From Pedobacter sp. (lineage in GTDB: Bacteria; Bacteroidota; Bacteroidia; Sphingobacteriales; Sphingobacteriaceae): a DNA stretch of 46,618 nt. Shown piece after piece: positions 16,254-26,439 of this stretch. A model generated the notes under the pieces. The model ran no database searches and was not told the DNA's origin. It saw nothing but the letters and a program-made list of their open reading frames with translations. The DNA lies in NCBI GenBank assembly GCA_035264385.1, contig DATFQH010000348.1, forward strand, positions 1 through 46,618, given 5' to 3'. Numbering within the stretch: the stretch's first letter is position 1; every line of letters begins with the position of its first letter. A program made the translations under genes and the position numbers.

Positions 16254-17792
16254 TTAAAAATCAAACTTAATGCCTTGCGCCAATGGCAGGGTATTGGAAT
16301 AATTGATGGTGTTGGTCTGTCTGCGCATATATGCTCTCCATGCATCCGAACCGCTTTCCCTGCCGCCGCCAGTTTCTTTCTCACCACCAAAAGCACCGCC
16401 TATTTCTGCTCCGGATGTTCCGATGTTGACATTGGCAATGCCGCAGTCGGAACCTGAAAGAGATAAGAACTGTTCTGCTTCCCTCAGATTAAGGGTCATA
16501 ATTGCCGAGGAAAGCCCCTGTGGAACACCATTTTGCAAAGCAATGGCTTCCTCTAGTGTACGGTACTTAATCAGGTATAAGATAGGGGCAAAGGTTTCGT
16601 GCTGCACAATTTTACAATGGTTCTTCACTTCTGCAATACAAGGCTTCACGTAGCAGCCGCTTACATAATCGGGCCCCTGTAATACCCCTCCCTCAATAAT
16701 AAATTTTCCACCTTCTTCCTTACATTTTTCTATAGAGTCGAGATAAGCAGCAACAGCGTCTGTATCGATTAAAGGACCTACATGATTTTGCTGATCGAGC
16801 GGATCGCCGATGCGCAGCTGTCCGTATGCTTTAACCAGCCTGTCCTTAAAGGCACCGTATATGCTTTCATGGATGATCAGCCTGCGTGTAGAAGTACAAC
16901 GCTGCCCGGCTGTGCCTACGGCGCCAAAAACAGCGCCGATCAGGCTCATGTCCAGATCTGCATGTGCCGAAATGATAATAGCATTGTTGCCGCCCAGTTC
17001 GAGCAGACTCTTGCCCAGACGCGCTGCTACTTGTGTGGCCACCTGTTTGCCCATCCGTGTAGAGCCTGTAGCCGATATCAGCGGAACACGGGTGTCGGTC
17101 GTCATCAATTCACCTAGTTTCCTGTCGCCTATGATCAGACTGGAAACACCTTCGGGGACACCGTTGTTCTTAAAAACACCCGCTATGATTTGCTGGCATG
17201 CGATAGCAGTAAGCGGCGTTTTTTCAGAAGGCTTCCAGACGCAAACATTTCCGCATACCATAGCCAGGGCCGCATTCCAGCTCCAGACCGCAACAGGAAA
17301 GTTAAACGCAGAAATAACTCCGACGATTCCAAGCGGATGCCATTGCTCGTACATCCGGTGACCGGGTCTTTCACTGTGCATGGTCAGGCCATAAAGCTGT
17401 CTTGACAGACCCACCGCAAAATCGCAGATGTCAATCATCTCCTGCACCTCTCCAAGGCCTTCCTGCAGGCTCTTTCCCATTTCATAAGAAACAAGCGTAC
17501 CCAGTGCGGCCTTATTCAGCCGCAGCGCCTCGCCAAACTGGCGAATGACCTCACCTCTTTTTGGTGCAGGCAGGTTTCGCCAGAACAGAAAGGCTTCTTC
17601 CGCTTTTTTAATGACAGTTTCATATTCCTGCGCTGAAGCCACCTGTACACTTGCTATTTTTCTGCCGTCCGCAGGTGAATAACTGTCAATGAGGTCAGTT
17701 CCGGAGGCTTGCCCCCAGTCGCTGCCCGTACTATACGCAGGATTGATTTCTGCAATATTTAATTGCTTCAAAAACTGATCAATGTTTTTCAT
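16254..17792 (-). CDS. amaB: ALDH7-type aldehyde dehydrogenase (piperideine-6-carboxylate/aminoadipate semialdehyde dehydrogenase)
   Basis: GEVQEMIDICDFAVGLSRQL, SERPGH, SAFNFPVAVWSWN, LELGGNNA, GTAGQRCT, AEIGGAFGGEKETGGGRESGSDAW. Confidence 0.9.
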   Translation of the reverse strand: MKNIDQFLKQLNIAEINPAYSTGSDWGQASGTDLIDSYSPADGRKIASVQVASAQEYETVIKKAEEAFLFWRNLPAPKRGEVIRQFGEALRLNKAALGTLVSYEMGKSLQEGLGEVQEMIDICDFAVGLSRQLYGLTMHSERPGHRMYEQWHPLGIVGVISAFNFPVAVWSWNAALAMVCGNVCVWKPSEKTPLTAIACQQIIAGVFKNNGVPEGVSSLIIGDRKLGELMTTDTRVPLISATGSTRMGKQVATQVAARLGKSLLELGGNNAIIISAHADLDMSLIGAVFGAVGTAGQRCTSTRRLIIHESIYGAFKDRLVKAYGQLRIGDPLDQQNHVGPLIDTDAVAAYLDSIEKCKEEGGKFIIEGGVLQGPDYVSGCYVKPCIAEVKNHCKIVQHETFAPILYLIKYRTLEEAIALQNGVPQGLSSAIMTLNLREAEQFLSLSGSDCGIANVNIGTSGAEIGGAFGGEKETGGGRESGSDAWRAYMRRQTNTINYSNTLPLAQGIKFDF

Positions 17793-17812
17793 TCGCTTAA
17801 GTTCTTTTATGT

Positions 17813-18277
17813 TTAGTTGCAGTTCTCTTTTCTTCTGGTATCAACCAGGTAAATGATCTTCCAGCCAGCCTTGTCTTTAAAAAGCTGGAACGAATTGACA
17901 CCGCAATGGCTCAATTTATCATCTGCAAAGAATTTATAATCGGTCCATACGCTGGCCAGGTTTCCGTCGATCAGGATCTTTGTAAATACAATGCGCTCAT
18001 CAAATTGAGCGGTATGCGGCGTGCCAGTAAATTTAATAAAATCAGCTACTTTTTCGTCCCGGAGCTGCGGCCCGCCATCTTTTGACAGGTGTATGGTCTG
18101 TATGATGGCCCTGTTGTAAAATGCAGAACTGACCAGTGTGCTGTCTGTATTTCTCATGCCTTCAAACAGGTTGTGTATTGTTTTTTTTACCAGGTCTTCT
18201 TCAGATTGAGGAGATTGACCAAATGCACTCAGGGCTGTAATAAGGGACACCAGCATCAGGAAATGACATTTTTTCAT
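17813..18277 (-). CDS. Secreted NTF2-like (lumazine-binding-like) protein
   Basis: Signal peptide; LASVWTDY, HCGVNSFQL, WKIIYLVDTRR. Confidence 0.75.
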   Translation of the reverse strand: MKKCHFLMLVSLITALSAFGQSPQSEEDLVKKTIHNLFEGMRNTDSTLVSSAFYNRAIIQTIHLSKDGGPQLRDEKVADFIKFTGTPHTAQFDERIVFTKILIDGNLASVWTDYKFFADDKLSHCGVNSFQLFKDKAGWKIIYLVDTRRKENCN

Positions 18278-18520
18278 TTTTTGGAAATGACAGTTTTATA
18301 TGAGAAATGTTTCTTGACGTGAATATTACCCGTCTTCGTGTAAAGTTACGTTATTTTGTAAAATAAATCCGGTCATTACCACAGTGTTCCGACATTAGTA
18401 TCAGTAGTTTACATCTGAGGTTGTGTGTATGTTGAAAATTATTTGATAAGTTCTACTTTTTATTGTTGTAAACTTATAATGTATATTTAACACAGGGATC
18501 TGTTCTTATAATTGTTTGAT

Positions 18521-19924
18521 ATGGAAGAGGAATTTAGCTTTGATTTTAGTGATGATGCGCAGCGTTCGGTAGAACGCTACGAGGAAATGATACGTAATCA
18601 GGATCAATATTTTTTTGACGCCCAGGCCTTTGAAAACATTATTGACTATTACATTGAAAAGAATGACCCTGTTAAAGCCTTGCAGGTTATAGAATACGCG
18701 CTCAACCAGCACCCTTACGCAGCTGTTTTCCTTGTGAAGCAGGCACAGCTTTTCTACGTTACAGATCAGACCGAACGCGCCTTTTTTGCTCTTCAAAAGG
18801 CAGAAATGCTGGAAGCTTCAGAACCCGAAATTTATGTGCTCAGGGGAAATATTTACAACAGCCTGGAGCGTTATTCTGAAGCGCTGGACAATTTCCAGAA
18901 GGCGCTTGAATTTGCTGAGACCACAGACGAGATACTCTTGCAGATCGCCTATGTATATCAGAACATGCTCGACTATGAAAGCGCTATCGTTTATATCAAA
19001 CAGAGCCTGGAGCAGAATATGGAAAACAAGGATGGTCTTTATGAGCTGGCTTTTTGCTATGATATCCTGGATAAACAGGAAGAAAGCATCCAGTTTTACA
19101 TGGAGTACATTGACAATGATCCTTACTCTTATGCGGCGTGGTACAACCTGGCCAATTCTTATCATAAGCTCGATCTGTTCGAAAAAGCCATTGATGCTTA
19201 CGATTATGCGATCCTGATTAAAGATAACTTTGCTTCTGCCTACTACAATAAAGGCAATGCACTGGTTCAGTTGGATCGTTTTGCCGAGGCAATTGACGTT
19301 TATAAACAGACATTTGAATACGAAAAGCCAAATGCGGACACGTATTGTGCTATTGGCGAATGCTATGAGAAGCTGGAGCGGATGGATGAAGCAAGGTCAT
19401 ATTACAAAAAGTCCGTGAAGATGGATGCAAAGATGGCCGATGCCTGGTTCGGAATAGGCGTAACGCTTAATTTCGAAGAGCGTTTCTTTGAATCACTTCA
19501 TTTTTACAAAAAGGCAATTGACCTCGACGGGGAAAATCCTGATTTCTGGTTCGCCATGGCCGATGCCTATTATAAGCTGGGCCAGATTGAACAGTCAGTT
19601 GAGGCTTATTACAAAGTTCTGGAATATAATCCGGTAGATGTTGAAGCCTGGCTGGATTTTTCAACAGTCCTTTATGAGCAGGGGAAGCTACTTGAGGCTT
19701 CAGAAACCATAGCAGATGCCATTAAAAATAATCCTGATGCAGCAGAATTATATTACCGGATGGTAGCCTATCTATTTGCAATGGGAGAGAAGAATGATGC
19801 ACTGCTGTATCTGGAAACTGCGTTGTCTACCGATCCCGATAAGCATTACATCCTTTTCGAATATTTACCTCAATTGCAGGAAAACGGGTCCATACTTGAA
19901 GTGATCAACCGCTATATAAAATAA
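18521..19924 (+). CDS. Acidic tetratricopeptide repeat protein
   Basis: Many TPR units (AWYNLANSY, AYYNKGNAL, AWFGIG); likely start ATG 18521. Confidence 0.92.
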   Translation: MEEEFSFDFSDDAQRSVERYEEMIRNQDQYFFDAQAFENIIDYYIEKNDPVKALQVIEYALNQHPYAAVFLVKQAQLFYVTDQTERAFFALQKAEMLEASEPEIYVLRGNIYNSLERYSEALDNFQKALEFAETTDEILLQIAYVYQNMLDYESAIVYIKQSLEQNMENKDGLYELAFCYDILDKQEESIQFYMEYIDNDPYSYAAWYNLANSYHKLDLFEKAIDAYDYAILIKDNFASAYYNKGNALVQLDRFAEAIDVYKQTFEYEKPNADTYCAIGECYEKLERMDEARSYYKKSVKMDAKMADAWFGIGVTLNFEERFFESLHFYKKAIDLDGENPDFWFAMADAYYKLGQIEQSVEAYYKVLEYNPVDVEAWLDFSTVLYEQGKLLEASETIADAIKNNPDAAELYYRMVAYLFAMGEKNDALLYLETALSTDPDKHYILFEYLPQLQENGSILEVINRYIK

Positions 19925-19927
19925 AAG

Positions 19928-19977
19928 AATGAACAGTTTTTATTGGTAATCTCTGATAAAAACTGTTCATTTTTTTT
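19928..19977 (+). terminator. Terminator-like hairpin after the TPR gene
   Basis: AATGAACAGTTTTTAT...ATAAAAACTGTTCATT plus T run. Confidence 0.65.
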
Positions 19978-19993
19978 CACCTTTGTGACCTAT

Positions 19994-20764
19994 ATGAATT
20001 ACCCATTAAATAATTTACCTGAAAGACCTGAAAAACCCCGCAATAAGGGAATTACAATGGTCATGGATAAAGGACTTAGCCTCAGACAGACAGAAGATTT
20101 TATAGACGTTGCCGGCGTGCATACCGATATTGTAAAATTAGGCTGGGCAACTTCTTTTGTTACGCCTAATTTAAAGGAGAAGCTCGCTATCTACAAATCG
20201 GCAGGTATTCCAACTTATTTTGGCGGTACATTGTTTGAAGCATTTATTATCCGCAACCAGTTCGATGATTATCGACGGGTACTGGAGCAGTTCGATATGG
20301 AATACGTTGAGGTGTCTGACGGGTCTATTACCATAGAGCACGATCTGAAATGTGAGTACATACAGAAACTGGCCAAACAGGTCACTGTAATTTCTGAAGT
20401 AGGTTCTAAAGATGCAGCCAAGATATTTGCTCCTTACAAATGGATCAAACTGATGCAGGCCGAGATCGATGCGGGCTCCTGGAAGGTGATCGCCGAAGCG
20501 AGAGAAGGCGGTAATGTGGGTATATACAGGGGCTCGGGCGAAGTCAGAGAAGGATTGGTAGATGAAATCCTGACACAGATCCCTGAAGAGACCATCATCT
20601 GGGAAGCACCTCAAAAAGAACAGCAGGTGTGGTTCATCAAGTTGTTGGGATCCAATGTAAACCTCGGGAACATTGCCCCTGCTGAAGTCATTCCTCTGGA
20701 AACCATCCGCCTGGGTTTGAGGGGTGATACCTTTGATCATTTTCTGAATCTGGCAAATTTATAA
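19994..20764 (+). CDS. comA: Phosphosulfolactate synthase (ComA) family protein
   Basis: KPRNKGITMVMDKG, VKLGWAT, GGTLFE, EVSDG, SEVGSK, IAEARE, WEAP, VNLGNI, LETIRLGLRGDT. Confidence 0.9.
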   Translation: MNYPLNNLPERPEKPRNKGITMVMDKGLSLRQTEDFIDVAGVHTDIVKLGWATSFVTPNLKEKLAIYKSAGIPTYFGGTLFEAFIIRNQFDDYRRVLEQFDMEYVEVSDGSITIEHDLKCEYIQKLAKQVTVISEVGSKDAAKIFAPYKWIKLMQAEIDAGSWKVIAEAREGGNVGIYRGSGEVREGLVDEILTQIPEETIIWEAPQKEQQVWFIKLLGSNVNLGNIAPAEVIPLETIRLGLRGDTFDHFLNLANL

Positions 20765-20795
20765 TGCTGATGACCACGATTTATTGTGTTTTTAT

Positions 20796-21539
20796 ATGAG
20801 AAGATTTGGTCTGATCGGTTATCCTCTATCGCATTCATTTTCTAAAAAGTTCTTTACCGGAAAGTTCAAGGAAGAGCACATTACCGGATGTGAGTATGAG
20901 CTTTTTCCCATAGAAGAGATAAGCCTCCTTCCGGCGCTGATGGACAATGATCATGAACTCGAAGGCATAAACGTTACTATTCCCTACAAACTGGAAGTCA
21001 TGCCTTATCTGAATGAAATTGATGAGGCGGCAGAAAAGATCGGGGCAGTCAACTGTATTTCTATCACGAGGGACGGCGCGGAGGTGTTGCTGAAAGGATA
21101 CAATACCGATGCCTATGGCTTTGAGGCTTCTCTGGTACCAATGCTGGAAGTGCACCACAGCAGGGCACTGGTGTTCGGAGATGGCGGCGCGGCAAAGGCG
21201 GTAAAATATGTGCTTAATAAATTAAACATACCTTTTTTAATCGTCACGCGCAGACCGGTTCCCGGTGCGATAACCTACGGCCTGGTCACCAAAGAGCTGA
21301 TTCATGATCATACCATTCTGATCAATACTACTCCATTGGGCATGTCTCCGGATATCAGCAGTAGTCCTGATATTCCATATCAGGCGCTCTCTGACAAGCA
21401 CCTCGCTTACGACCTCGTTTATAATCCTGAAGAAACTGTTTTCTTGCAAAAAGCTGCCGAACAGGGAGCTAAAATAAAAAACGGACTGGAAATGCTGTAT
21501 CTGCAGGCAGAACGTTCATGGTATTTTTGGAATCTATAG
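20796..21539 (+). CDS. aroE: Shikimate dehydrogenase
   Basis: GYPLSHSFS, NVTIPYK, GAVNC, GYNTD, NTTPLGM, DLVYNP, NGLEML. Confidence 0.95.
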   Translation: MRRFGLIGYPLSHSFSKKFFTGKFKEEHITGCEYELFPIEEISLLPALMDNDHELEGINVTIPYKLEVMPYLNEIDEAAEKIGAVNCISITRDGAEVLLKGYNTDAYGFEASLVPMLEVHHSRALVFGDGGAAKAVKYVLNKLNIPFLIVTRRPVPGAITYGLVTKELIHDHTILINTTPLGMSPDISSSPDIPYQALSDKHLAYDLVYNPEETVFLQKAAEQGAKIKNGLEMLYLQAERSWYFWNL

Positions 21540-22124
21540 ATGAAAAAGATAGTAATCGGCTTACTTTCGGTTTTTATAGTCATCGTGGCAGCTTGTTCGG
21601 GAAGCGATTATTCGCCTAAGCCGAGGGGATACTACCAAATTGAATTGCCCAGGAAAAGTTACCGGAATTTTGACAATGGCTGTGCTTATAGCTTCGAGTA
21701 TCCGGTCTATGCCAATATGGAAAAAGACCGCAGCACTGAAACAGGACAATGCTGGTATAATCTTTCATTTACACGCTTTAACGGGCGCCTGCACCTTACC
21801 TATTACGACGTATCATCCAGAAAGGAATATGAATCATTGGTGGAAGATGCCAGGACATTTGCCTTCAAGCATACCGTAAAGGCAAATGCAATAGACCAGA
21901 AGTTGATTAACTATCCTGAAAAAAAGGTATATGGCATATATTATGCTATAGAAGGCAATACAGCCTCTTCAGTTCAATTTTTTCTTACAGACAGTACAAA
22001 GCATTACTTCAGGGGCGCATTATATTTTAATGAACGCCCTCAATATGATTCAATTCAGCCTGTTATCAACTTTATAAAAAAGGATATCGATAAAATGATC
22101 GAGACCTTTAAATGGAAGAATTAA
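21540..22124 (+). CDS. gldD: Gliding motility lipoprotein GldD
   Basis: Lipobox VAAC; PKPRGY, FEYP, KHTVKA, GNTASSVQFFLTDSTKHYFRGALYF. Confidence 0.92.
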   Translation: MKKIVIGLLSVFIVIVAACSGSDYSPKPRGYYQIELPRKSYRNFDNGCAYSFEYPVYANMEKDRSTETGQCWYNLSFTRFNGRLHLTYYDVSSRKEYESLVEDARTFAFKHTVKANAIDQKLINYPEKKVYGIYYAIEGNTASSVQFFLTDSTKHYFRGALYFNERPQYDSIQPVINFIKKDIDKMIETFKWKN

Positions 22125-22134
22125 GTATTAAAAA

Positions 22135-22773
22135 ATGATCAGTTTACAAGGATTTACTTTTAACCCAGTCAGTGAAAATACATACGTGCTGTATGATGAA
22201 ACCGGTGAATGTGTAATCATCGATCCGGGAATGTATGATGCGGCTGAACAGAACATGCTGGTAAAATTTATCAGTACAAACAACCTGAAGCCGGTGTTGC
22301 TGCTCAATACGCACTGCCACTATGATCATGTATTTGGCAATAAGTTTGTTTACGACAACTGGGGCCTGAAGCCTCAATTCCATATTGGAGAACTTAAGGT
22401 GCTACAGGCGATACCCGGATACGTACCTCAAATGGGACTCCGGTACGAGCTTTCCCCTGAACCGGAAGTTTTTCTTCGGGAAACGGGTAGCGTTAATTTT
22501 GGCGATAGTGAACTCGAACTTATCTTCGCCCCCGGACATTCGCCTGCTCACCTTTGCTTTTATGCGCGGGCAGATAACTTCCTTATCGGTGGTGATGTAC
22601 TTTTCTATGGCAGTATCGGTCGAACGGACCTTCCCGGAGGAAACCATCAGCAACTGATCAGCAATATCAAAAATAACTTGTTTATATTGCCAGACGATTG
22701 TGAGGTTTTCCCTGGCCACGGACAGTCTACAACTATTGGGTTCGAGAAACTGAATAATCCATTTTTAAGATAA
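22135..22773 (+). CDS. Metallo-beta-lactamase-fold hydrolase (glyoxalase II-like)
   Basis: THCHYDH, PGHS, GDVLF, GRTDLPGG, PGHG. Confidence 0.92.
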   Translation: MISLQGFTFNPVSENTYVLYDETGECVIIDPGMYDAAEQNMLVKFISTNNLKPVLLLNTHCHYDHVFGNKFVYDNWGLKPQFHIGELKVLQAIPGYVPQMGLRYELSPEPEVFLRETGSVNFGDSELELIFAPGHSPAHLCFYARADNFLIGGDVLFYGSIGRTDLPGGNHQQLISNIKNNLFILPDDCEVFPGHGQSTTIGFEKLNNPFLR

Positions 22774-22788
22774 CTTTAAAGCAGAAAT

Positions 22789-24021
22789 TTGAATACTCCT
22801 TTTTACATAGCCCGAAGGTATCTTTTTGCGAAAAAATCAACCCATGCGATCAACATCATTTCAGGGATATCGATGGTGGGGGTCTTTGTAGGGAGTGCAG
22901 CACTGATCATCATACTTTCGGTCTTCAACGGTTTTGAAGAGGTCGTTTTAAAGATGTTCAATACCATTAGTCCCCATATCGTTATTTCTCCCTTACAGGG
23001 CAAAACATTTGATCCCGGTACCAGCTATTTCAATGCCTTAAAGCAGAACAAGGAGATCTATTCCTTTGCAGAGGTATTATCTGAAAATGCATTGCTCAGG
23101 TATAACGACAAACAAAGCGTAGGCCTGATCAAGGGCGTAAGCCCCGCTTATCTGAAGAACAAAAGCCTCGACAGCATTACCATAGAAGGAAAATTTGTAC
23201 TCGCAAACAGCAATGGCAGCAATGCGGTAATAGGCTCAGCGATTCAGGCATACCTGATGGTCAATACCACAGATCCCTTTAACCAGCTGCAGGTATTTTC
23301 TCCAAAAAAAGGTAGCAAGGGGAGCTCAGGTAATCCCGGAGATGATTTCAATGTGCTGTCCATTCCCGTCTCGGGCGTATTTGAGGTGCAGCAGGATTTT
23401 GACAATGTGGCGATCGTGCCCCTATCCTTTGCCCGGGCACTGCTGGATGAGCCCCTGAAGATATCCTCCATAGAGATCAATCTCAAACCGGGAATTGATG
23501 CCGATAAGTTCAAACACAAGATCGAGGAGCACATCGGAGAAAAATATGAGGTGAAAGACAGGATTCAGCAAAACAAGGTGCTCTATAACATTCTGGGAAG
23601 CGAAAAATGGGCCGTTTATATTATTCTGACTTTTATCCTGATTATTGCCATATTTAATATAATAGGATCTTTGACCATGTTAGTGATAGATAAATTAAAG
23701 GACATCGCTGTACTGAGTAGTTTAGGTGCGGGAAAGAAGCTGATAAAACAGATTTTTTTATTTGAAGGAATGATGATTACGATGACGGGATGTATCCTCG
23801 GCCTCATCGTAGGATTTCTTTTCTGTTTGTTGCAGCAAAAATTCGGGTTCTTTAAAATGTCTCAGGAAAACCTGGCTATACCCAATGCCTATCCTGTAGC
23901 TTTCAAGTGGATGGATTTTTTGCTGGTGTTCCTGACTGTAAGTGTATTCTCTTTTGTGGCATCAGCTTTGTCATCTAATTTGAGCGTGAAAAAGATAGAC
24001 CATTTAAACCAAGATCTTTAA
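22789..24021 (+). CDS. LolC/LolE (FtsX-like) ABC permease
   Basis: FYIARRYLFAK, LSVFNGF, large periplasmic domain, three C-terminal TMs (IFLFEG); TTG start. Confidence 0.88.
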   Translation: MNTPFYIARRYLFAKKSTHAINIISGISMVGVFVGSAALIIILSVFNGFEEVVLKMFNTISPHIVISPLQGKTFDPGTSYFNALKQNKEIYSFAEVLSENALLRYNDKQSVGLIKGVSPAYLKNKSLDSITIEGKFVLANSNGSNAVIGSAIQAYLMVNTTDPFNQLQVFSPKKGSKGSSGNPGDDFNVLSIPVSGVFEVQQDFDNVAIVPLSFARALLDEPLKISSIEINLKPGIDADKFKHKIEEHIGEKYEVKDRIQQNKVLYNILGSEKWAVYIILTFILIIAIFNIIGSLTMLVIDKLKDIAVLSSLGAGKKLIKQIFLFEGMMITMTGCILGLIVGFLFCLLQQKFGFFKMSQENLAIPNAYPVAFKWMDFLLVFLTVSVFSFVASALSSNLSVKKIDHLNQDL

Positions 24022-24025
24022 TAGT

Positions 24026-24403
24026 ATGCATTTTTTTAAAAAACCGATATTTCTTTTCATTCTGTTTGCTGCAGTGATTTTTGGCTGCAATCAAAAGCCT
24101 GCTGAGGAAGAACAAAGTACAACCAGGTTGATAAAAGGACTGTATAGCTATGGCCCTGAAATTAAATCATTTACAGATTGCGAAGAGGGGCGTGAATACT
24201 GGGTAGCCGACAGTGCCAAAACACTCGAGCTGGCCTACAGTAACTTCAATTTCGAAAAGCCGTATGAACCCGTTTATATAGAGGTAGAATGCCATTTAAT
24301 TAAGTCCGACAGCTTAATTGTTTCTGCAGACTTTGACTCGACGATGGTGGTTACTAAAGTGCGTAGAATCACTAAAGAGATCCCGGACGGGCCTTGTAAG
24401 TAG
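24026..24403 (+). CDS. Hypothetical lipoprotein
   Basis: Lipobox IFGC after a hydrophobic stretch. Confidence 0.7.
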   Translation: MHFFKKPIFLFILFAAVIFGCNQKPAEEEQSTTRLIKGLYSYGPEIKSFTDCEEGREYWVADSAKTLELAYSNFNFEKPYEPVYIEVECHLIKSDSLIVSADFDSTMVVTKVRRITKEIPDGPCK

Positions 24404-24410
24404 ACGAATC

Positions 24411-25259
24411 TTATGAAGGAATCAGATATAATTCGAGGTCAGACCCTTGGATAACACCTTTTTCCCGTGCCATCTGAAATAAAACATTTATTGCCTTTCT
24501 GCCCTCCACACCCAGATCTATAGTGTATTTGTTCACATATAATTCGATATGTTTGTACATCACCGCCTCATTCATTTCCTGGGCATGAGACTTTATAAAT
24601 TCCAGTCCTGATTTTGGATTGGCAAAGGCATACTCTACGGATTTTCTGATCAGCCTGTTCACCTTAAGCTGCACCTCACGATCGAGTTTGCGGTTGATGA
24701 CAATACCTCCCAGAGGAATGGCACAACCCGTCAGATCTTCCCAGTAACTGCCCAGATCAATGATCTTATGTAAACCTTTTTCAACATAAGTGAACCTGTT
24801 TTCATGAATGATCAGCCCGGCGTCTATCTTTTTTTCCAATAGTGCATCAGCAATTTCAGAGAAAACCATTTCCTGTTTCTCCACTAATTGGGGAAACGCG
24901 ATATCGAGCAGAAAATTTGCAGTGGTATATTTTCCGGGGATACCAACTCTAAGTCCAGGACTTAGTGCGCCCGCATTTGCCAGCAGATTCTCGTCCTTAC
25001 AGATCAGCAGTGGGCCTACACCAAATCCGAGTGCACTCCCGGCGTCCAGCAGCGCATACTTTTCAGAAACATAGGCGAATGCATGAAAACTCAACTTAGT
25101 AATGTCGAGCTCCGCCTTAAAAGCTTTCTGGTTCAAGGTTTCCACGTCGTCAAAAAAGACTTCAAAATCGAGCCCTTCAGTATCAATCTTATGATGAATC
25201 AGCGCATCAAAAATAAAGGTGTCATTTGGACAGGGTGAGAAGCCAAGTGTAAGTTTCAT
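24411..25259 (-). CDS. mqnD: 1,4-dihydroxy-6-naphthoate synthase
   Basis: GFSPCPNDTFIF, DVETLN, GVGPLL, PGKYTTA, IIHENRFTY, IPLGG, HIELYVN. Confidence 0.95.
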   Translation of the reverse strand: MKLTLGFSPCPNDTFIFDALIHHKIDTEGLDFEVFFDDVETLNQKAFKAELDITKLSFHAFAYVSEKYALLDAGSALGFGVGPLLICKDENLLANAGALSPGLRVGIPGKYTTANFLLDIAFPQLVEKQEMVFSEIADALLEKKIDAGLIIHENRFTYVEKGLHKIIDLGSYWEDLTGCAIPLGGIVINRKLDREVQLKVNRLIRKSVEYAFANPKSGLEFIKSHAQEMNEAVMYKHIELYVNKYTIDLGVEGRKAINVLFQMAREKGVIQGSDLELYLIPS

Positions 25260-25293
25260 GTGGTAAAGGTAATAACTCTTAAAAGCAGGTTAG

Positions 25294-25926
25294 TTAAGCA
25301 TTTGTCAAAAAGCTAACCACCCAATCATTGAGATTTTTAACAGCAAGACCTATTTTCCAGTTCTCTTTATTTCTAGGCTCCACATAATTGGAAATGCTCC
25401 GGACCTGCAAACAGGGGATTCCCATCTGTTCGCAGCCGTACAGGACTGCTGCGCCCTCCATGCTCTCGGTAATCGGATCCAGACGCCTAACGACCTCTGC
25501 AATACCAGCTTCACTACCGTGCACGCGGTTTACGGTAATGCCCCTGACCTTCTTTAGCGGGGTCAGTACATCACTCAACAAATGATGACGGGTGCTGAAC
25601 CTGCTTTTGCCAAATCCAAGCGCCTCGATCCCGATGAACCGATCGCCGTCATCAGCGCCAAGTTCAGCAAATTCATCTTCGGTAATGTTCAGTACCGTAC
25701 CTAAGGGAATGGCAGGGTCGAAGCTGCCGGCAATTCCCATGTTCAATACCAGGCTGTACTTTGGAGACAGCCGCTGCCCGAGTGCAAATGCTGTAGCGGT
25801 CATTCCCACCCCGGTAATGACAATGTCAAATTCAGTTGTCTGTACAAAATCATGGTCAGGAAGCTTGAAATGAGTATATAACAGAGTTGCTTCGGCTCTG
25901 GTGGCTGATACAATTAGGATTTTCAT
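25294..25926 (-). CDS. mqnB: Futalosine hydrolase
   Basis: TGVG, GIAGSF, TVNRVHG, ESMEGAA, RSISNYVEPR, WKIGLA; adjacent to mqnD. Confidence 0.92.
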   Translation of the reverse strand: MKILIVSATRAEATLLYTHFKLPDHDFVQTTEFDIVITGVGMTATAFALGQRLSPKYSLVLNMGIAGSFDPAIPLGTVLNITEDEFAELGADDGDRFIGIEALGFGKSRFSTRHHLLSDVLTPLKKVRGITVNRVHGSEAGIAEVVRRLDPITESMEGAAVLYGCEQMGIPCLQVRSISNYVEPRNKENWKIGLAVKNLNDWVVSFLTNA

Positions 25927-26017
25927 CAGAATGCTTATTTGTCAGAACAGTCTAAGTTAGCCATTTGTACTGCGAAATTAACCTTTCTGCGTATATTTGT
26001 CGATAATAGAAAGAGCA

Positions 26018-26428
26018 ATGATATATATAACCAGAAAAGCATCATTTAACGCGGCACATAAGCTATCCAGAGCAGACTGGACTGAAGATAAAAATAATGA
26101 AGTTTATGGCAAATGCGCCAATCCAAACTGGCACGGACACAACTACCAGCTTTACGTTACCGTAAAAGGAGAGATCAATCCTGAAACCGGATTTCTGGTA
26201 GATTTAAAATGGCTGAAGGACATTACCAATACCTATGTTGTAGACAAGATCGACCACAGGAACCTGAACCTTGATGTCGATTTCATGAAGGGAAAACTGG
26301 CTTCTACAGAAAATCTGGCTGTAGCAGTCTGGGAACAATTGTTCCAGATGATCGCTGAATCCGGAGCACAACTGCACTGCATTAAAATTTACGAGACCGA
26401 GAACAACTTTGTGGAATACTTCGGTTAA
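26018..26428 (+). CDS. queD: 6-pyruvoyl-tetrahydropterin synthase/QueD family
   Basis: [33 protein letters not shown]. Confidence 0.85.
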   Translation: MIYITRKASFNAAHKLSRADWTEDKNNEVYGKCANPNWHGHNYQLYVTVKGEINPETGFLVDLKWLKDITNTYVVDKIDHRNLNLDVDFMKGKLASTENLAVAVWEQLFQMIAESGAQLHCIKIYETENNFVEYFG

Positions 26429-26439
26429 TAAGCGCAAAT

